Source of the DNA: an uncultured virus (IMG/VR IMGVR_UViG_3300025133_000075)
Taxonomy: Duplodnaviria; Heunggongvirae; Uroviricota; Caudoviricetes
Length of the DNA stretch: 64,000 bases
IMG/VR virus record: IMGVR_UViG_3300025133_000075
Strand: one strand, 5' to 3'
Made by a program: the position numbers and the translations under genes. The notes under the pieces were generated by a model. That model did no database searches, was not told the origin of the DNA, and worked only from the letters and a program-made list of their open reading frames with translations. Of the stretch, positions 61,542 to 64,000 are shown piece by piece; positions within the stretch are counted from its first letter, which is position 1, and each line of letters starts with the position of its first letter.

Positions 61542-63965
61542 CTATGGAGGGCAGCATTGCCCTTCAAGTGTGGGTAGTGCCGTAGCAAATATGATTGTAT
61601 CTATCGTACCAGGGGCATCGAACTTGCCCATGCCTTTGTCGCTCTTCTTTTGTACCCTTGTCACCAGAAGCCGTTGATTGGATGGCAGCAAAACTTCTTT
61701 CTCACCACCGTTCGCAGAATGCTTATCTACCGGCAAGCCCTTGACGCCTTCCCCTGCCGTGATCTTCCAAAGATTATTGCCCGACATCTTTCCGTACGGA
61801 TCTGAAGTAGTAGACATCACACCTTTATCTGACACCACCAACCCCGGCTTCATGCCACTCATGTCTCCTGAGTGCTTGCGAGTTACCGTCACACCTGGAT
61901 CGATTGGGATGCTGTATTTGTGGACTCCAATGGCAACACTATGTGCTCGTTTGCTAGTATCCGCCGATCCGGTTTCTTCTTGGCGAAGCACACGATTCAT
62001 AGGACCGTACCCAGATCCCGTATATGATTTGATTGCAGTCTTATGCCCAACTGCCTTCTTGAAAGCTTTAGATCCAGCCTCATGTAAAGCATCAGCGTTG
62101 CTCCAATCCAAAATGTTAATTGGCGTATGAGCCCCCTTGCCTTCTTCTTCTGCGATCGATCCCAACACATCCCACTTGCCAACCTTACTAAGTCCTTTCT
62201 GTCCTTTTGCTGATTGTATTGAATTCACCAAATTCGCTGATGTCTCTGACATCGGCTTTGGTGGAGCTGGTGGATTCAATTGACTCTCTACGTTATTGAT
62301 CAAGGCATTGATGTGATTTTTTACCTTTGGTGATTTGACTTCTCCAGTAGCAATCATACTCTGGAGCTGGGAGATATTACCTTTCAGAGCAAATATACCA
62401 GCCTTTTGTAATTGCCCTTTGTTGATAGCAGCATGAGTTGCGTTCTGATCAGAATGGAATTCTGGCTGTTCCGGAAACTTGTTTGGATCAATTTTGATCG
62501 GTTTGGGCTCGGCTTTTGGCTTGACGTTAGAAGGCTTCACTGTTGGAGATTGGTTGCTCTTCATCGCTGCCTTTGCAGCTTCTTTGTAAGCATGCACAGC
62601 TTGACCTGCCTTCGTCGTCAAGCCGCCTGTTGCTACCGTTTGGAGCTTATCCAAAGAACCTTCATTGATGTACTGCTTGATCACTTTCAACTTCATTTTT
62701 GCTGTCGTTAGCCCCACTTCAGTACCTTGAAAAACAGGCTCTGGTGGCATCGCTGTGTGAGTCTTCGGAGCTACTGGTTTCTCATCTTCCACACCCGCTT
62801 TCTTGATGATCGAGTCTCTTCGTGATTTCAAGAGGGCTTTGATAGAGGCCCTGTGAGCGTCGTCAGAGCTTCCGAACTGATCCACGAGCTTATCGATGTC
62901 TTTGTCTTTGACGTTCTTTAGCTTCGAAGCTGTGTGCTGTATCTCCTTATGAGACATCTCACCAAACACTTTGGCCATCGTCTCGTTTTTGCTTGGATCC
63001 CGCAACGACTCGAACTCTGAAGCCACCGCATCAAAGTTCTTTTTGCCAGCACCACCCCCACCTTTCCAGTCGAGTCCCCCTCCAACATCGATAGCGACCA
63101 TCCCAGTCTTGGACTTGTCCTTCCAGTGGATATTGTCCATTGGATTTTCAGATCCAGCACCAACTGCATCCCTGTTATTCAGCCAAGCATGGACAGCAAA
63201 GTCCTTTCCTGCGATCGATTGAGCATGTACCGAATTCCAGTTTGGCTTCGCTGAATCATCCAACCACTCGCCCGCGACACCCACCTTTCCATCGATATCA
63301 ACCAGATGCATCTTCTTGGTGCCGCCTCCGGCCAACTCATAGAGCTTGGCTGTGAGCACTTCGTTCCTGGCTCGCTCTGGATCATCCGGAATCTTCACAT
63401 AATACTTTTTGCCACCCATCATATAGGTGCCACCTTTTTCCGTTCCGAGCTTGCCTCCGATCTTCTTCCAGTTCTGACCATCTGCGATCTCTGGTGGATC
63501 TGAAGCGATCGCTCCGTCTGGTAGTCCGAACAGCCCCTTGGCTTTCATGTCAAGAAGATTCTGCTGGACTTTGGCAATCTTCTTGTTGATCCCCTTCGGA
63601 TTCTTGTTCTTGCTCATGTTCTTTTCGAAAGCGTCCCAATCGCCTTCTTCTGCGAGCTTCTCCAGCTTGTCAACTTTCTTGAGCCAGTTATTCAACCAAG
63701 CTTTGGTCTTGGGAGTGCCTGCTGTGTGCTTGCTGAAATCGACTCCAGAGAGCCCTCCCACAGATCCCGGCACAATGTGCCCATCAGCATCGTACTGAGC
63801 CGCTGAGTACCCACCACCTTTGCCTGAGCCCTTACCAGATGAATGGGACATCTGATCGTGATGTCCTGGCATGTGCTTCTCTTCAGAAAGCTCTGCGTCT
63901 GGCTTTCCCTGAGCGGCCAATCGATCGTATTCTGCTTGTGTGAAATCTTCTTCTAAAAAAATCAC
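61542..63965 (-). CDS. multidomain protein: HipA/PI3-4-kinase-like domain plus C-terminal VIP2-like ADP-ribosyltransferase
   Basis: YYVK, NEVL, WLNNRD...DNI...AIDVG (kinase-like); SYTGSGYGPMNRVLR, VTR, MSTT, EKEVLLP (R-S-ExE ART). Confidence 0.75.
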   Translation of the reverse strand: MIFLEEDFTQAEYDRLAAQGKPDAELSEEKHMPGHHDQMSHSSGKGSGKGGGYSAAQYDADGHIVPGSVGGLSGVDFSKHTAGTPKTKAWLNNWLKKVDKLEKLAEEGDWDAFEKNMSKNKNPKGINKKIAKVQQNLLDMKAKGLFGLPDGAIASDPPEIADGQNWKKIGGKLGTEKGGTYMMGGKKYYVKIPDDPERARNEVLTAKLYELAGGGTKKMHLVDIDGKVGVAGEWLDDSAKPNWNSVHAQSIAGKDFAVHAWLNNRDAVGAGSENPMDNIHWKDKSKTGMVAIDVGGGLDWKGGGGAGKKNFDAVASEFESLRDPSKNETMAKVFGEMSHKEIQHTASKLKNVKDKDIDKLVDQFGSSDDAHRASIKALLKSRRDSIIKKAGVEDEKPVAPKTHTAMPPEPVFQGTEVGLTTAKMKLKVIKQYINEGSLDKLQTVATGGLTTKAGQAVHAYKEAAKAAMKSNQSPTVKPSNVKPKAEPKPIKIDPNKFPEQPEFHSDQNATHAAINKGQLQKAGIFALKGNISQLQSMIATGEVKSPKVKNHINALINNVESQLNPPAPPKPMSETSANLVNSIQSAKGQKGLSKVGKWDVLGSIAEEEGKGAHTPINILDWSNADALHEAGSKAFKKAVGHKTAIKSYTGSGYGPMNRVLRQEETGSADTSKRAHSVAIGVHKYSIPIDPGVTVTRKHSGDMSGMKPGLVVSDKGVMSTTSDPYGKMSGNNLWKITAGEGVKGLPVDKHSANGGEKEVLLPSNQRLLVTRVQKKSDKGMGKFDAPGTIDTIIFATALPTLEGQCCPP

Positions 63966-64000
63966 AGCTCGCCTCCACTCACAATTGAAAACAAGCCCAT

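Noticed and set aside
73..63798. Numerous plus-strand ORFs in the track
   Set aside because: They are antisense shadows of well-supported minus-strand genes with no recognisable motifs.
1..64000. Prophage boundaries, integrase or host chromosomal genes
   Set aside because: The dnaN-, dnaX-, recA- and csrA-like genes are divergent and embedded in a phage-style operon; no integrase, att site or host housekeeping block was recognised.

Overview
A 64 kb stretch of a tailed dsDNA phage genome (siphovirus-like, HK97-fold capsid). Essentially every real gene is on the minus strand, so transcription runs right to left. (i) 63965-43661 is head and tail morphogenesis: a kinase-like/ADP-ribosyltransferase fusion, prohead protease, major capsid protein, neck and tail tube genes, a tail assembly chaperone with a -1 frameshift, a histone H1-like Lys-rich protein, tape measure, and Cys-rich tail proteins, several with long Ser-rich tracts. 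(ii) 43626-36997 is a glycan-modification cluster (three glycosyltransferase-like genes, a Maf/DUF115-like transferase, three methyltransferases, a sulfotransferase-like gene and a cupin), followed by an HNH-AP2 endonuclease. (iii) 36490-19076 is an early/accessory region punctuated by about ten copies of a ~100 bp palindrome-promoter-RBS element; it carries many small genes, a sigma-like factor, SNF2 helicase, primase, a macrodomain-like protein and a tRNA-like RNA. (iv) 19075-18380 is a structured non-coding region with an attenuator-like leader and an 18 bp inverted repeat (candidate origin). (v) 18364-82 is replication, recombination and repair: DnaB, a two-frame C5 methyltransferase, beta clamp, split family A polymerase, MazG-like, DnaX-like loader, UvsY-, SSB- and RecA-like proteins, 5'-3' exonuclease, RuvC, split SbcC plus SbcD, and csrA. 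No terminase, portal, integrase, lysin or CRISPR array was recognised. All product calls come from reading motifs by eye; no database search was run.
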